A stretch of DNA of 64,000 nt from Trichoplax adhaerens (taxonomy: Eukaryota; Animalia; Placozoa): NCBI RefSeq assembly GCF_000150275.1, contig NW_002060943.1, forward strand, positions 6,254,299 to 6,318,298. The letters run 5' to 3'. Made by a program: the position numbers and the translations under genes. Of this stretch, positions 12,951-25,798 are shown one piece after another; the first letter of the stretch is position 1; every line of letters starts with the position of its first letter. The notes beneath the pieces were generated by a model, which did no database searches, was not told the origin of the DNA, and saw only the letters and a program-made list of their open reading frames with translations.

Positions 12951-15375
12951 GACTCATGGATCGCAGTGGATGGATAGAACAATCTTGGAAGTGGATGAAG
13001 AAAATCTTGTCCGCCAACTAGCACAATCTACGATTGGCTTCAACCTACTGACTGATAATCAATTGTGTAGAATAATTAGAATAGATATCTACTATTATTA
13101 TCTACACGCGTATTACTATACTAGACTCGACAAAAGAATGGACAGCTGTACATCTCATACAATAATATTGGGTTCAATATGGTCAAAAAGTAGATAGTAA
13201 ATGTACTCAGTACATCGTGGATTGGTGTGGAGGACTGGCGTGGTCTTGTCTGCGTACTATGTCCTGTGAGTACAGTACAACGATCGTGCGATGTTGTTGT
13301 CGACACGTCGCACTACATGAAGTTGTCATTCAAACGGGTCAAATGGGCATCAAACTGTCAATCATTCATTCACTCGCACTTTGGCGAGCGAGCGGGTTCA
13401 GGCGCTAACGGTTCAGTATGTAATATGAAGTGAATGAATATGGTAACGTCTATTCTGTACCCATCGTCTCTATTCAATCAATAGTGAGCTATCTTACAAT
13501 CGTATCCAACAAAATAAATTAGTAATTGGTAATTTATTCAATAGACCAATAGCTGCCACGTTGTCAATAAATAAGTCTGGTAGATTCTAATCCTTCAACA
13601 TCATTTTAAACATGACTATCAGTTCACTGGTCAGAATGAAACAGATGAAATCATTACAGCAGTTTTACTTTTTCGTTATCGCCCACCCGTTCTTCCAAGC
13701 AATGACTTATCCCTTTTAAGTGGTTATCAACATACTGTACTGTGACTCAAAATACTTCCGTCTGAATAAGGACTGGTAATGATCGAAACTAGCGTCCTTA
13801 ATTTGAAACATCATTATCAAACATGATAAAACATGATTATCAGTTCACTGGCCAGAATCAAACAGATGCAATCATTACAGCAGTTTTACTTTTTCATCAT
13901 CACCACCCGTTCTACCAACCAATGACTTATCTCTTTTAATTAATTAATTGTGTACCTTAATTGTATATTGATCAATACTTATATTACTATTACTAGTACC
14001 AAGTAAATTTTATTTGATAAAGTTTAGCAGAGTACCCTCTAAGCATATAATATAGATCAGATCATCCATCGAAAAGAGTTAACAGCCCCTAAAATCAAAT
14101 AGTGATAAGCGTCGATTTATCAGATGATAACAACATACTGTGACTCAAAATACTTTCGTCTGAATAAGGAAGGACTGGTAATGATCGAAACTAGCGTCCT
14201 TAATTTGGAGTTTTTTAATAACCGTCAGTCACTCTGATAGAAACCTCTTGACTACATCACTACCCTGGGTCATGAGTTGCAATTTGAAACCGTCATTCTA
14301 CGTGATAGAGGTTTGTAAATTATTCGACCGACAGCAGTTGTTAGTTTCATCTAAATCCTCTGAATGCTTTGCCATTTAGTGTATTGAGAGAAATCCGGTC
14401 AAAACTGTATTCAATTAAGCTATACTACTGTTACGAAATAATACAGTCGTTGTAGACATAGTATCGATAAGATCTATCATATTGAATAAGCCTGTTTATT
14501 CGGTATATTTCTGCAGTTGTTCTGTAATGATGACGATTAAGTCCTAGATAGCATATCTAAGAAAATAAGTTGTTATCTTATTATGAATAAGATAAGATTG
14601 TCGTTAACATTCATGGTATGTCCGTTATTGCACATTACTGGTAATTGTCTCTTATATATAACGGCTCCTAACGCATAATAAAGTTAATTCGGTACTTAAG
14701 CTCTATTGGACTCGTGATTGTTCAGTACTCAAGCCCTACTGGACTATTAAATTATTGTTACGATAGACAAGAAAGTGTAACAACTACATTACAGTACATT
14801 GATTGACTTTCTGTCGATTAACTGATTACCTGTTATAGTAAGTAGCTCTTCCGCGAGAAATGGAATACTGCACGAGTACAACATATCATTTAGGAATATT
14901 GTCATTATAGCAGGTGTAATTTAAGCTACAGTACAATATTTTAAATTTATTTCTTCTTATTAATAAATTATATCGTATAGATGTAAAATTATCACTAATT
15001 TACTGGTCTAATGGCTATTACCGTAGTCTCGGTCATCTCTACAGTAACTCTACAACAAGAATTAAGATGATATAGAAGAATGAAATGAAATTTGTTGCAG
15101 TGCACTTATTAATGTTCTACTATAGTAGCTAAGCTCAGACACCCTTTCAAAATGAGGAGGTAGAGTAGAGATGCATACCGATGTGTAATGATGACTTTTT
15201 TATTGATCATTTACATTTCAATAAAAGCACTACTGTAGCACATTATGAGAATAAGTCTTTGAAGAAATAGTATTGGATTCCTTCTGCAGTTGGTTATCGG
15301 TCGTACGTTCTAGTGCATAGTATCGGTAACAGAGCTCAACAAAACTTCATCATGCAGCAACAGATGATGAAAATT
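12350..15375. repeat. Segmental tandem duplication, copy B; contains internal local duplications (13611-13720 vs 13833-13940; 13728-13805 vs 14131-14205)
   Basis: Similarity to 1-2650. The blocks tatcagttcactgg.cagaat.aaacagatg and ggactggtaatgatcgaaactagcgtccttaattt are each repeated. Confidence 0.9.
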
Positions 15376-16040
15376 AAGCAACGACATATCTATGCTTAAG
15401 GTTAAGCACTACAATATACAGTATATGCGTATCAAGTAGTTTTAAATTCTAAAATAAAATCGGCACTGTCAACATCGACCGTACATCATGTAATTCAACA
15501 ATAAGTCTATAGTCTAGGCTATTAAACTGTATGATGTCGCATTTGCCAACCTACTGTAACAGTACCTGGTAGCACATGAATCAGGTTAAACCTTTTCGCT
15601 TGCTATACGTACAGTAGTATAGAGGAATATCATCTACGGTAATAAAAAGTGCATGGCATGCTACATCAACCACAATAATAGAATTAATGTTTAATTTGAT
15701 ATTATGAGCCTTCTCAACTTAATGAGTAAAAATAAAGTATTGATAAGAAGATTTAATAATGTCAATAACTTGAACAACTTTGCCTGATTCTGCGGTACAA
15801 GTCCTCGGAGATTGATTACACCTACATTATTATGTCATTGTGCAAAATTTGTACTGCTATCAAAAACGATCTTAGTGTATCTTTAAGTTTTGTCTTCTTT
15901 TAACCTAAGATCGACCACCACTTATCTTCTGTTTAATTTTACTCGTAGATAGGTAGGCGACGTCAGTTTGTAAGAATAGATAAATTTAAGAATGTACATC
16001 AAAGTATTGAGATACAATCAAAGAAAGAGTGAAACTCTAT

Positions 16041-18422
16041 CTATGGTAATGCAACATAGTCAATAAACCACTTAAACCGATCATCAGAAATCTTAATACC
16101 GGTAACTGGGTAGCGATGAATATCTATAATGCCACTTTTGATAGCGCTTACAATGACTTGCTTTCTTTTACCAAGTATTAATGCTGAAATTGTACGCGCT
16201 TTATTTAGCAGTGAAAACGTCATAGTTATCCTCGCAGAATCAGCGTAATCCTTTTTCACTAAAGCTACGAAGTTGTTTGCCTCAATCGTATGCAGGAAAC
16301 CTGGAAAAAGTGAAGCTATGTGTCCATCCGATCCAACTCCAAGGACAATATAATCAAAAATAGATTCATTCATAACACTTCTTATTTCTTGTTCATAGTA
16401 ACTGGAATCACAAAAGCCAGTATGTTGATTAGCAATTGCAGGGTGAATATTATAGTATGGAACGTCAATATAGCGTAGTAAATGATCATGAAGGGACTTG
16501 AAATTCGATCTACTATCCAATACTGGCACGCAACGCTCATCAACTATCCAGATGTGCCATTTCGACCAGGATATTCGGCTGCCTAAGGAAGCCAACTTTT
16601 GAAAGAGAGGTATTGGCGTGGATCCACCTGGGAAGGCAACGTGAAAAACATTTCTATTGCGGATAGCAACAGTTGCAGACAATAAAATATCGTTGACGAG
16701 ATTGTCTATAACTGCATCTGGAGAACCTCGAATTAACGTCTGATTTCGAAAACCTTGATTTATAATATCGAATGGATGATTCCCGTCTTTCGAATACAAA
16801 TTTTTGACCCGATTCTTGCAATCATAAGTAAATCTGTCAGCAAATGCAATCTGATCTTTATGAAATATAAATCTTAACGTTTGGCTGTTATCTTCTTTAT
16901 CGTATAATCTAGGTATAATTACGTCGGCGTGGTGTACTAGTGGAGTCCACAAAGTCCACGATAAGATTAGATTCTTCGTAGATATAAACATGTCTTGTCT
17001 ACCTTTAAAAACAGCATCAACAACAACTGTATAAGCATCTGGGTTGATTTTCGGACTACGAACATAATAATCAGATATGCGAACACCCAAAGAATCACCA
17101 GAATTAATAGTAGGATTGGTTGAATACCAATCGGGTCGTAAAATTGGCCGTGGTAGTAGTTTAGAAGTGACTTCTGCTGAGATTCCTAAAGAACCCCCTT
17201 GGATATTGAAAATAACTTCAGCAGTAGGACAGTTTACTTCATTGTTCAGACAGTAAAGACCATCTTTAAAAACTACTCTTACGTAAGCTGTCCTTTCAGT
17301 CAGTTCTTTACCTGCAACCATAATGATAGGAACATCTCTCCATCGTGAATTATCTACTTGTAATAATACCGCAGCAAATGTAGAAGCATTACTTCTTTTC
17401 GTTATATCTTTGAAATCTTGCCTTAAATGTGATATATAGTCCTTATATTGTCCCACAATTACATTATCAGGTCCTAAATTTTTCACCTTCTCCAACAAAT
17501 CCGCTTTCAATTGCAGTAGATCACTTGGGTTGTAAGCCATTTGATGACCTGGTAATTCCATACAAACCAAGGCCAGTATTTCTGTCAAGTGGTTTTGCAT
17601 GACATCACGTATAACTCCATATGAGTTATAAAATTCGGTTCTTTCGGCACAATTTTCCTCTTCCTTCATAACGATTTCTATCCTGCTTATGTAATCTCGA
17701 TTCCACAGTGGTTCATACAATGGTAAATTTTCCATCCTGAATTGTAAAACTTGATCAACCCCGACTTTACCTAAGTAATGATCGACCAAATAGATTTGAT
17801 GTTCGTCAAAATAGCGTTGTAACTCATTTGTCAAGTCTTTAGATGTTTGTAAATCTTGACCGAAAGGTTTCTCAAAAACTACACGTATCCATGTTTTACT
17901 CTCTTGGTCAGGTCTACAATGATTACTGATATAGGATGCAATACGCGAGTATGCAAACGGAGGTACCGATAGATAAAATATCCTACCATATTCCAATATC
18001 GACTCTTTCATTGCTTCCTGATTGATTTTTTTGCAAAGGTTTGCATAATCCTTTTCACTTTTAAGTTGTACATACTGACAATTGCTTAAAAATTTTTGCA
18101 CTTTCTCATCTTCTCCAGATTTGTCGAATTGAAAAATATTTCCAAGTATCTGATCAAGCAATTTGTCGCCCTCATGTGCAGGATTACGAGCAGCTCCATA
18201 AAATTTTAGCTGGTACTTTTCTTCGCTTTGATTAATGCTTTTATATAGGTTAAAGAGACTCTTCCAAAGATATTTTTGAGCTAAATTACCGGTAGCACCG
18301 ACAAGAACTACGTTCGTTCTTGAAGCTTTTTCAGTACTCGAGCTGACTTTTATTAAACAGGCGGAGATAAATAGCCAAAGAAATATGTTTCGATGCCTAA
18401 CTATTATCGAAGAATTAGTCAT
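16041..18422 (-). CDS. H6PD: ER bifunctional hexose-6-phosphate dehydrogenase / 6-phosphogluconolactonase, single coding exon
   Basis: N-terminal signal-like hydrophobic stretch, GATGNLA (NAD(P) binding), YLSVPP, EKPFG, VDHYLGK and RDVMQNHL, followed by a 6PGL domain (GGSTP, DERCVP, LGVGSDGHIASLFP, RITMT). First in-frame ATG is at 18422. Confidence 0.95.
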   Translation of the reverse strand: MTNSSIIVRHRNIFLWLFISACLIKVSSSTEKASRTNVVLVGATGNLAQKYLWKSLFNLYKSINQSEEKYQLKFYGAARNPAHEGDKLLDQILGNIFQFDKSGEDEKVQKFLSNCQYVQLKSEKDYANLCKKINQEAMKESILEYGRIFYLSVPPFAYSRIASYISNHCRPDQESKTWIRVVFEKPFGQDLQTSKDLTNELQRYFDEHQIYLVDHYLGKVGVDQVLQFRMENLPLYEPLWNRDYISRIEIVMKEEENCAERTEFYNSYGVIRDVMQNHLTEILALVCMELPGHQMAYNPSDLLQLKADLLEKVKNLGPDNVIVGQYKDYISHLRQDFKDITKRSNASTFAAVLLQVDNSRWRDVPIIMVAGKELTERTAYVRVVFKDGLYCLNNEVNCPTAEVIFNIQGGSLGISAEVTSKLLPRPILRPDWYSTNPTINSGDSLGVRISDYYVRSPKINPDAYTVVVDAVFKGRQDMFISTKNLILSWTLWTPLVHHADVIIPRLYDKEDNSQTLRFIFHKDQIAFADRFTYDCKNRVKNLYSKDGNHPFDIINQGFRNQTLIRGSPDAVIDNLVNDILLSATVAIRNRNVFHVAFPGGSTPIPLFQKLASLGSRISWSKWHIWIVDERCVPVLDSRSNFKSLHDHLLRYIDVPYYNIHPAIANQHTGFCDSSYYEQEIRSVMNESIFDYIVLGVGSDGHIASLFPGFLHTIEANNFVALVKKDYADSARITMTFSLLNKARTISALILGKRKQVIVSAIKSGIIDIHRYPVTGIKISDDRFKWFIDYVALP

Positions 18423-19754
18423 TTTAATAACGTAAATTGGAAGGGCTAAGCAATTGTACAAGGCGACATATTAATCCCCAACCAGCTGAAGTCAAAATGT
18501 GCAATTTCGATTTGCTGCGTCTTACGTATGGACGTAGAGTACAGCACACTATTACGTAGCTGTACTGTACTTCTATACTGGACGTTGATGTCGAGTTCGT
18601 ATCATACCGTACTGTACTATACGATCGTAAGTATCCTGTAGTGTAGTCTGTTTGGTCTTAGTGAGATGCAGTTTCATCTAGCTGTTGCTATTTCACGTTA
18701 ATGGCTAGCACGAGAGTAGTAACTGAGATTCAACAACTAGAAGTATTTTTGATCAACGATAATATTGATTGTCCACATCTTTGATGTGCCTTGTCCGCAC
18801 ATTGCATCAGTTAGAGGTTCTGACTCAATTCAAATACTGTCATTGCAGCTTGTAGTGATACACCCATATTGGATTATACGGATAGCTATATTTGATATAG
18901 TTAGGTTGCTTTGAATAGATATTACCGTGAAGCTAATATTAGATGATTGCTAACTACTATGTTGGAAATTGGTGATGACTAATAATAGCCAGTGGACTAA
19001 TTATAGTACGAGATTGATGTAGCTAGAAACACTGTAGTTCTTAAGATGCCCTTCCGAGAAAGGGCCTAGACGCTAATAGAAGAGTAGTGATATCTTCAGT
19101 AGAATGATTTCGATTGCAGAAAATAATAATGTACCATTAGAGAAAAAGTATTTTGTTTGATGACTCATGTCTGATTGTAGATTAATCAAGTTGTCGTAAA
19201 TGGATTGAACGAAATATGCATAAGAACTGCAGAGATGAGCTCACAGAGGAGAAGAGGCTTCGCTTCGCTTTGAGCTCGGAATACTTTCGATTTTAGACTA
19301 GATTCTTGTAGGAATTAACTATTGCCCTACTATTCCTAAAACCTTGCAATTAAAGCCTTTTAGAAAATACCATTTGACTAAGATAGTTATTGTGGGACGC
19401 ATTTATTACATAGCTATTTGAATGTTTCCATCTAGTCTAGGTATGCAGTCCATTGCCTGTCAATGTCAACTGACAGTAAATCGACACACTGTAAAATACA
19501 CAATAATTCATGAACAAATCGAAGATGAGCATGCAAATTTTGGAGAAATAAACATTTACAATCGATTACCAGGCCAACATTAATCTCTTACGATAATTAT
19601 TTTATTTAATGGCTTTATAATAAACAGTGTGACAAATAAAGCAATTGCTGGGCAGAGTCCAGTAATCCCACTTTTGACTTCCTATATAAGTTCCAGGGTT
19701 ACTTACACGATAAAGACTCAGGAACTAGTTAAAGTAACTGCATTTAGTGATGGG

Positions 19755-19902
19755 AAATCCCGTCACTGGGATTTCGCGGCTAAAAAAAAGCGTCGGTTAT
19801 ATCCGTCACTGGGATTACAAGACCGAAAAAAGTGTCGGTAATACCCGTCACTGGGACTACAGGAAACAAAAAAGTGTTGGTAATTACCGTCATCTGGGAT
19901 TC
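19755..19902. repeat. Four ~42-bp tandem units
   Basis: ccgtcactggga recurs at 19760, 19803, 19845 and 19887 (last copy variant), separated by A-tract + gtgtcggtaata. Confidence 0.85.
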
Positions 19903-20670
19903 AATAGCTGTCTTCTATTTAAATTTCATTTCTCCTCTGTGCTTTTCTCAACTTGCAATTGCAGTAAAACTATTATTTACAAAACGCAGGTAAACGATTC
20001 ACCATGGCAGTTATACAATAAGATTCGCCCCTTTACTTTATTGATGATTATGTTGAGGTCAAATATCAATAATTATAATTACAATTTCTTTATTCGAATC
20101 GGCTAATAATGAATGGGCTAAATATATTGAAAGTATGGTCTAAAAGCTATTATGCGCTGAATGAAACTCATAATGACGATTAATTAATTATCCGTAAATG
20201 ATTACTATTTCCATGTACTTACAGTATGCAGTAGAAAGTTCCGAAAGTAAAATTGAAATGGAGTATCGCTTGAAATCATAATACATTGCTAATGCAACCT
20301 AAAACTATCGAATTGATTACCGTATTTATTTATAGCTTACATTATACTTTGCAATATTATGTACTTTACTTAGATTGTAACTACAATATGTCTTGTCGAG
20401 TCCATAATATCATACGGCTTACTATAAGTAGTGGTGCACTTGTATAACTCGTGCATTCTTCAATTCTTATCCCATTGCATGTCTGACGATTGTCTACCTT
20501 GTCCTATTCCTGCCCAGAGCACGCTTATGGTCTCCTCTACGTCTGAATAAAGGATTTCTTCTTCGTTTAGAATCTCTCTCGTATCATACTAAGGGTATAC
20601 CTATCTAATTAAAGTAACACTTAAAACCCCTTCATACTACATACATTACGTAATATAATGATGCTATCAT

Positions 20671-21870
20671 TTATTGACTAGTACTGGCTATAAATTCTTG
20701 TTTGATTTGGACTTGTAGATCACGGCTGGACATGACATCAATACACGTCATTGCCATGGACTTTGCAGCAATGATCGTTTGTCGATGAGCTTGTTCTGTA
20801 GATGCTGCTACAGCAAATTCACGTGTATGATTACCTCCTTTGGTTTCAATTGAATATGTTGGATGAATAGAAGGTACAACTCGCGATACGTTTCCCATAT
20901 CAGTTGAGCCAAGCATCTTTTGCTTTTGCTCGGCTCGCGACGGAAACTCAATACCTAAACTCTTGGCGTTATTTTCATACAAATCTACCAGGTGTAAATT
21001 GTTGATAACAGATCTATAATGATCACCACAGATACCTTCGTGAACTATATCAACTTTACAGCCGGTTGCTTGGGCTGCACTTTGGAAACAATTTTTGCAT
21101 TTTTGTTGTAGTATTTGCAACTCAGAATCAGATGGAGCTCTAAATCGGTATTCTAATTTAGCTCTATCTGGAATGATATTAGTTTTAATACCTCCTTCAG
21201 TTACAATGCCATGAACTCGCCATGTCGGTTTAAATTGTTGACGCAACGTAGAGATATTAACATAAGCTTGCACAGCAGCATCAAGGGCGTTAATCCCTTC
21301 CCAGGGTGAACCTGCTGCGTGTGCAGCCTTTCCTTCGAAAGTTATCTTGAAAGACATAGCTGAATAGATGCTGGCATAGCTAGCATCATAAGGAGATGGA
21401 TGAACCATCATAGCGATATCGACATCATCGAAACAACCTTCTTCCACCATTTTAATCTTACCGCCACCACCTTCTTCTGCTGGTGTACCGTAAACGATAA
21501 GTTGACCTAGATCGGTTTGGCTCGTTTCCAAAGCGGCTTTAATACCGATTGCGGCTCCTATTCCTGCTTCGGCAATTAAATTGTGACCACATGCATGCCC
21601 AATTTCGGGCAAGGCATCATATTCACAAATAACACACATCTTGGGTCCCTTCCCACGTGAAAACGTAGCACGAAAAGAAGTAGGTAGAGGGTAACTCCGT
21701 TGAACTTGGAAACCTTCTTTTTCTAAATAGTTTGTTAATAAATCGTGTGATTTAAATTCCTTATATGCTAGTTCAGGATTTTTGTGTAGCTGTTGATTTA
21801 TTTCCAATAGTTGTTGATTTTTTTCATCTATAGCTTGTATAGCTACTTTTTTCAGTTCTTCAGCTGACAT
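20671..21870 (-). CDS. PM20D2: Peptidase M20 domain-containing protein 2-like amidohydrolase/dipeptidase (ACY1L2 type), paralog 1
   Basis: 399-aa single-exon ORF with PELxxxE, CEYDALPEIGHACGHNLIA, GTPAEEGGGGK, MMVHP, AHAAGSPWEG, NIIP, GSTDMGNVS and NHT motifs. Confidence 0.92.
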   Translation of the reverse strand: MSAEELKKVAIQAIDEKNQQLLEINQQLHKNPELAYKEFKSHDLLTNYLEKEGFQVQRSYPLPTSFRATFSRGKGPKMCVICEYDALPEIGHACGHNLIAEAGIGAAIGIKAALETSQTDLGQLIVYGTPAEEGGGGKIKMVEEGCFDDVDIAMMVHPSPYDASYASIYSAMSFKITFEGKAAHAAGSPWEGINALDAAVQAYVNISTLRQQFKPTWRVHGIVTEGGIKTNIIPDRAKLEYRFRAPSDSELQILQQKCKNCFQSAAQATGCKVDIVHEGICGDHYRSVINNLHLVDLYENNAKSLGIEFPSRAEQKQKMLGSTDMGNVSRVVPSIHPTYSIETKGGNHTREFAVAASTEQAHRQTIIAAKSMAMTCIDVMSSRDLQVQIKQEFIASTSQ

Positions 21871-23050
21871 ATTTAACGCAATATTTTCAATCCTCTAAAA
21901 AAAATTTTATAGCATTAAATTTGAACAAATACATTCAAGCAGGTTAGAGTAATTTCAATAGAAACTTTAAGCTTTTACTTTTCCTTTAAATAAAAAGGTT
22001 AACAATCCTACAAATAGAGAGATTACTTGATAGATTAAAGCTTAAAATTTGATTTATAGCAGAGACATACATAGAATAGATGATCTTGAACTATTTCAAC
22101 TTACTTAATGAAATGTAGTCAACAACGGCAAAAGTTATATTATGGTCATAGTGAGACTTCTTACGGAGTTAGTATGCCCAATGCAATTCATTCAAAGTTC
22201 ATAAATTCTCAAGCAAACACTAAGAAGTTTACTTCCTAGCCTAGGGTAATATGCCTATAGGAACTATATTGTACCTGCAAATAATTGATATGTTAATTAA
22301 TTGTATTTAATTAATCTGTTCAATGTATAACAAATGCATATAAGAGACCCACGGGTGTCCAAATAAATGCTTAATAATACAAAAAAATTGAAAATCACAA
22401 GACTGTCATGCCCAGTTCATAACATCATGCTTTAATTGACTTCAATTTATAAATAAAATATGCTAGGGTTTACTTTAAGATGATAAGGATGGGGGATAAG
22501 TACATATATTAAATCACACCGATATCATCATACTCGTACACTGTTTACTTTATACAGTATCTTACAGAATGATCGTGATGCTCTCTCTATTACACTACTT
22601 CATCGACTATAGCATTGACAGTATATACAATCACCACGGCACAAAATCTATAACCAGGGGAGTGCCAGCAGTGCTGTCAATTGAATAATCTAATCGAAAA
22701 CTCCTCAATAAGTGCATATCCTGCCATCTGACTTTATTGTGAGCTGGTGTGCATAGGCAGGTAATTTGGACTCACAATGCATTTCAACTTGTAATCCTTT
22801 GATACATATCCTTGACATCCTTATACCACATCATTAGAATGTTGCAATAACATATTTTTGTCAGATCAAAATCATCTCTGACCCCATGTTATTTATTCTA
22901 CACTAGCTGTAAAGACGAAATTTGAATTTTATGTTCTTTATATCTAATGGTACATAGAATACTAACTACGTACGCTTATTCTAATTTCCCAGTCAGGTTA
23001 AGAATCAGTAATTCAAGGCACTTGCATCTATAAGATATTTTATTGTCGAA

Positions 23051-24256
23051 ATGTCGATTGAAGAGTTAAAAAAAATTGCGATACAAGCCATCGACGACAA
23101 AGATCGTCAATTATTCGATGTAAACCAACAAATTCATAAAAATCCCGAACTATGCTTCGAAGAATTCAAAGCACATGATGTATTAACAAATTTCTTAGAA
23201 AAAGAAGGTTTCCAAGTTGATCGAGGCTATTTTATGCCAACAGCATTTCGCGCTGTATTTTCACGTGGTAAAAAAGGACCCAAGATGTGCGTTCTTTGTG
23301 AGTATGATGCTTTGCCTGAGATTGGGCATGCTTGCGGTCATAATTTGATTGCTGAAGCAGGAATTGCAGCTGCCATCGGTATTAAAGCTGCCATGGAATC
23401 AAGCCAAAACGATCTAGGACACATTGTAGTTTATGGCACACCGGCAGAAGAAGGTGGTGGAGGCAAGATTAAAATGATAAAAGAAGGTTGCTTTGATGAT
23501 ATTGATGTTGCTATGATGGTGCATCCATGTCCCTTTGATGCAGGATTTGTTTCTATACTATCACTGATGGAAATGACAGTAACATACGAAGGGAAAAATG
23601 CTCATGCATCGGGCTACCCGTGGGAAGGTGTTAATGCACTGGATGCAGCCGTACAGGCTTACGTCAATATATCGACATTGCGTCAACAATTTAAGCCATC
23701 ATGGCGTGTTCATGGGGTTATCAGTAACGGAGGCGTTAAATCTAACATAATTCCTTCTAAATCACAGCTAATATACTATATTAGAGCTCCTAGCGCTACT
23801 GAATTGAAACTATTGAAGGGAAAATGTGAGAACTGCTTCCATAGTGCCGCACAAGCAACAGGATGCAAAGTGAAAATTGAGTACGACGTAGAAAATATTG
23901 AAGACTGTTATGCTGCATTGAAGAATAATGTTCATCTTGTCCACTTGTACAAAAAGAATGCTACCAGTTTAGGGATTAAATTTTTGCCGCTAGATGAGGA
24001 AGCCAATCTGCCATCAGGTTCAACTGATATGGGAAATGTCTCATGGGAGGTTCCGTCCATTCATCCTTTATACAAAATTGATACCGAAGCTGCTAACCAT
24101 ACTCCTGAATTCACAAATGCTACATGCACCGAACAAGCGCATCAGCAGACTCTAATTGCAGCTAAATCAATGGCAATGACAACTCTTGATGCTTTAACGA
24201 ATGCTGATATTTTAAGACAAATTAAAGAAGAATTTAGTAAAAGCGTTAATCATTAA
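23051..24256 (+). CDS. PM20D2: PM20D2-like M20 amidohydrolase, paralog 2
   Basis: 401-aa single-exon ORF with the same metal-binding motifs. Confidence 0.92.
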   Translation: MSIEELKKIAIQAIDDKDRQLFDVNQQIHKNPELCFEEFKAHDVLTNFLEKEGFQVDRGYFMPTAFRAVFSRGKKGPKMCVLCEYDALPEIGHACGHNLIAEAGIAAAIGIKAAMESSQNDLGHIVVYGTPAEEGGGGKIKMIKEGCFDDIDVAMMVHPCPFDAGFVSILSLMEMTVTYEGKNAHASGYPWEGVNALDAAVQAYVNISTLRQQFKPSWRVHGVISNGGVKSNIIPSKSQLIYYIRAPSATELKLLKGKCENCFHSAAQATGCKVKIEYDVENIEDCYAALKNNVHLVHLYKKNATSLGIKFLPLDEEANLPSGSTDMGNVSWEVPSIHPLYKIDTEAANHTPEFTNATCTEQAHQQTLIAAKSMAMTTLDALTNADILRQIKEEFSKSVNH

Positions 24257-25798
24257 CACTGTATTTGTTAAGATGAATGTATTTCTAATTGTGACGAGTC
24301 CCCACAACGGACGCTCGGAAGAAAGATTATTATTTGGGAAATCCATCTATAAATCGTAGCTAATCACTGACTATGCTATTGTTTTAGTATCTGTAAGCAT
24401 TAGGCAACTCTACGATACTGTTGTGCTTATTAGAATCTAAATCTTTGCCACTACGATCGATATTACGTTGACAACTACAGTACAACAAATCCTACAAGTT
24501 TCTGGCAAATGATTGCTGTATTAGATACCGAATTATCGATATTAGAGTGTTGGATAAACTCTAGCTTCGGCTATGTCAAATACCATGTTCGATGCGTACC
24601 AGCGACGGTACATGTAACTAAAAATATCTAGGAAAACTGCATTTAAAGTTATGTAATTGATTTCGAATAAAAAGGCACAAAATTTAATTTTATTATTTTC
24701 GGTCGGGATATGGTAGTATGGCTAGCTTCAACAATACGATGATAATTCCCAGCAGGAATCTCAAATGGGAGCTAGAAGCACTGATGGATAATTCAGTATA
24801 TATATAAAATATCCGAATTAACTAATGCAGCTTACTAGCCAAGTATTTATTTTTAGAACTGTTACAAATTGTCGAAGAACAAGATATACTCGGTGAAAAA
24901 CGAGTACTATCGTGATAAACAATTAAGACAATGCAAGCGATAGGCTTTCTTTTTCTGTGGGTGGTAATATCGATTGCTAGCAACACTACATCTCCAGTTT
25001 ATTCTCGAAGTAGATTTTATAGCCTTTAGGTCAGGCCTAATTATATTATCTGCAATATTTGCGCGCATGATGAGTTGATAATAATATTATACAATGGTTA
25101 AAAATGAATATTCGTACAAGTATATAAAATACTCCATATTGCACTATTATCAGTGTTATGAACTTTTAAAACTTGTAGTTAACTTGTACGAACTTATTGC
25201 GAGCTATTGTTCACATTTGTTGACGATAACTCTTGGCACTATCTCTTGATATTTTATTCGTTGCATTGAAGCGATAAAAAGCTTTTACTATGAAATAATG
25301 CAAGAGAATGTAGGTAAAATGGCTTTATCAACAAATAATAATTCTAGATTTAACGAAATTTCTTAGCACGTAATTATTCTACTATTTTATTTTTAATTAT
25401 ATCTACATCATAAGCAATGACTGACAAAAACAGAGAAATTAATTTCGAGATAATATAGAGTCAATCTATTGGCGTAGGCTTTAATAGTTTTGCCATTGCT
25501 AAAAGAAGTAAAACGTACAAAATTTTAATTGATAAGATACTACGTATGCTCGTTATCAACATGAGAAAATTATATTGATATTGTTTTTCCTTTACGCTCA
25601 TATCGTTGTCATCAGAAATAGTGTCTTTGATAAAACAATCGAATGTTACTTTCTACCGATTGAATGGTAGAACCTACTCATATGATAGAAAAATTATTTA
25701 ATCCTTATTAACTACAGGCATTCACTGCTGATAGGTTATCGATGATTTTATTTATGATCTAATAACATAACAATTGTAATGGGCAATAGATACGACAA

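Noticed and set aside
18423-18461. N-terminal extension of H6PD in the ORF track
   Set aside because: It begins at TTG. The first ATG at 18422 gives a better signal-peptide N-terminus. Similar non-ATG starts in the track for the MRI1, Hikeshi and Dicer exons are intron or UTR read-through.
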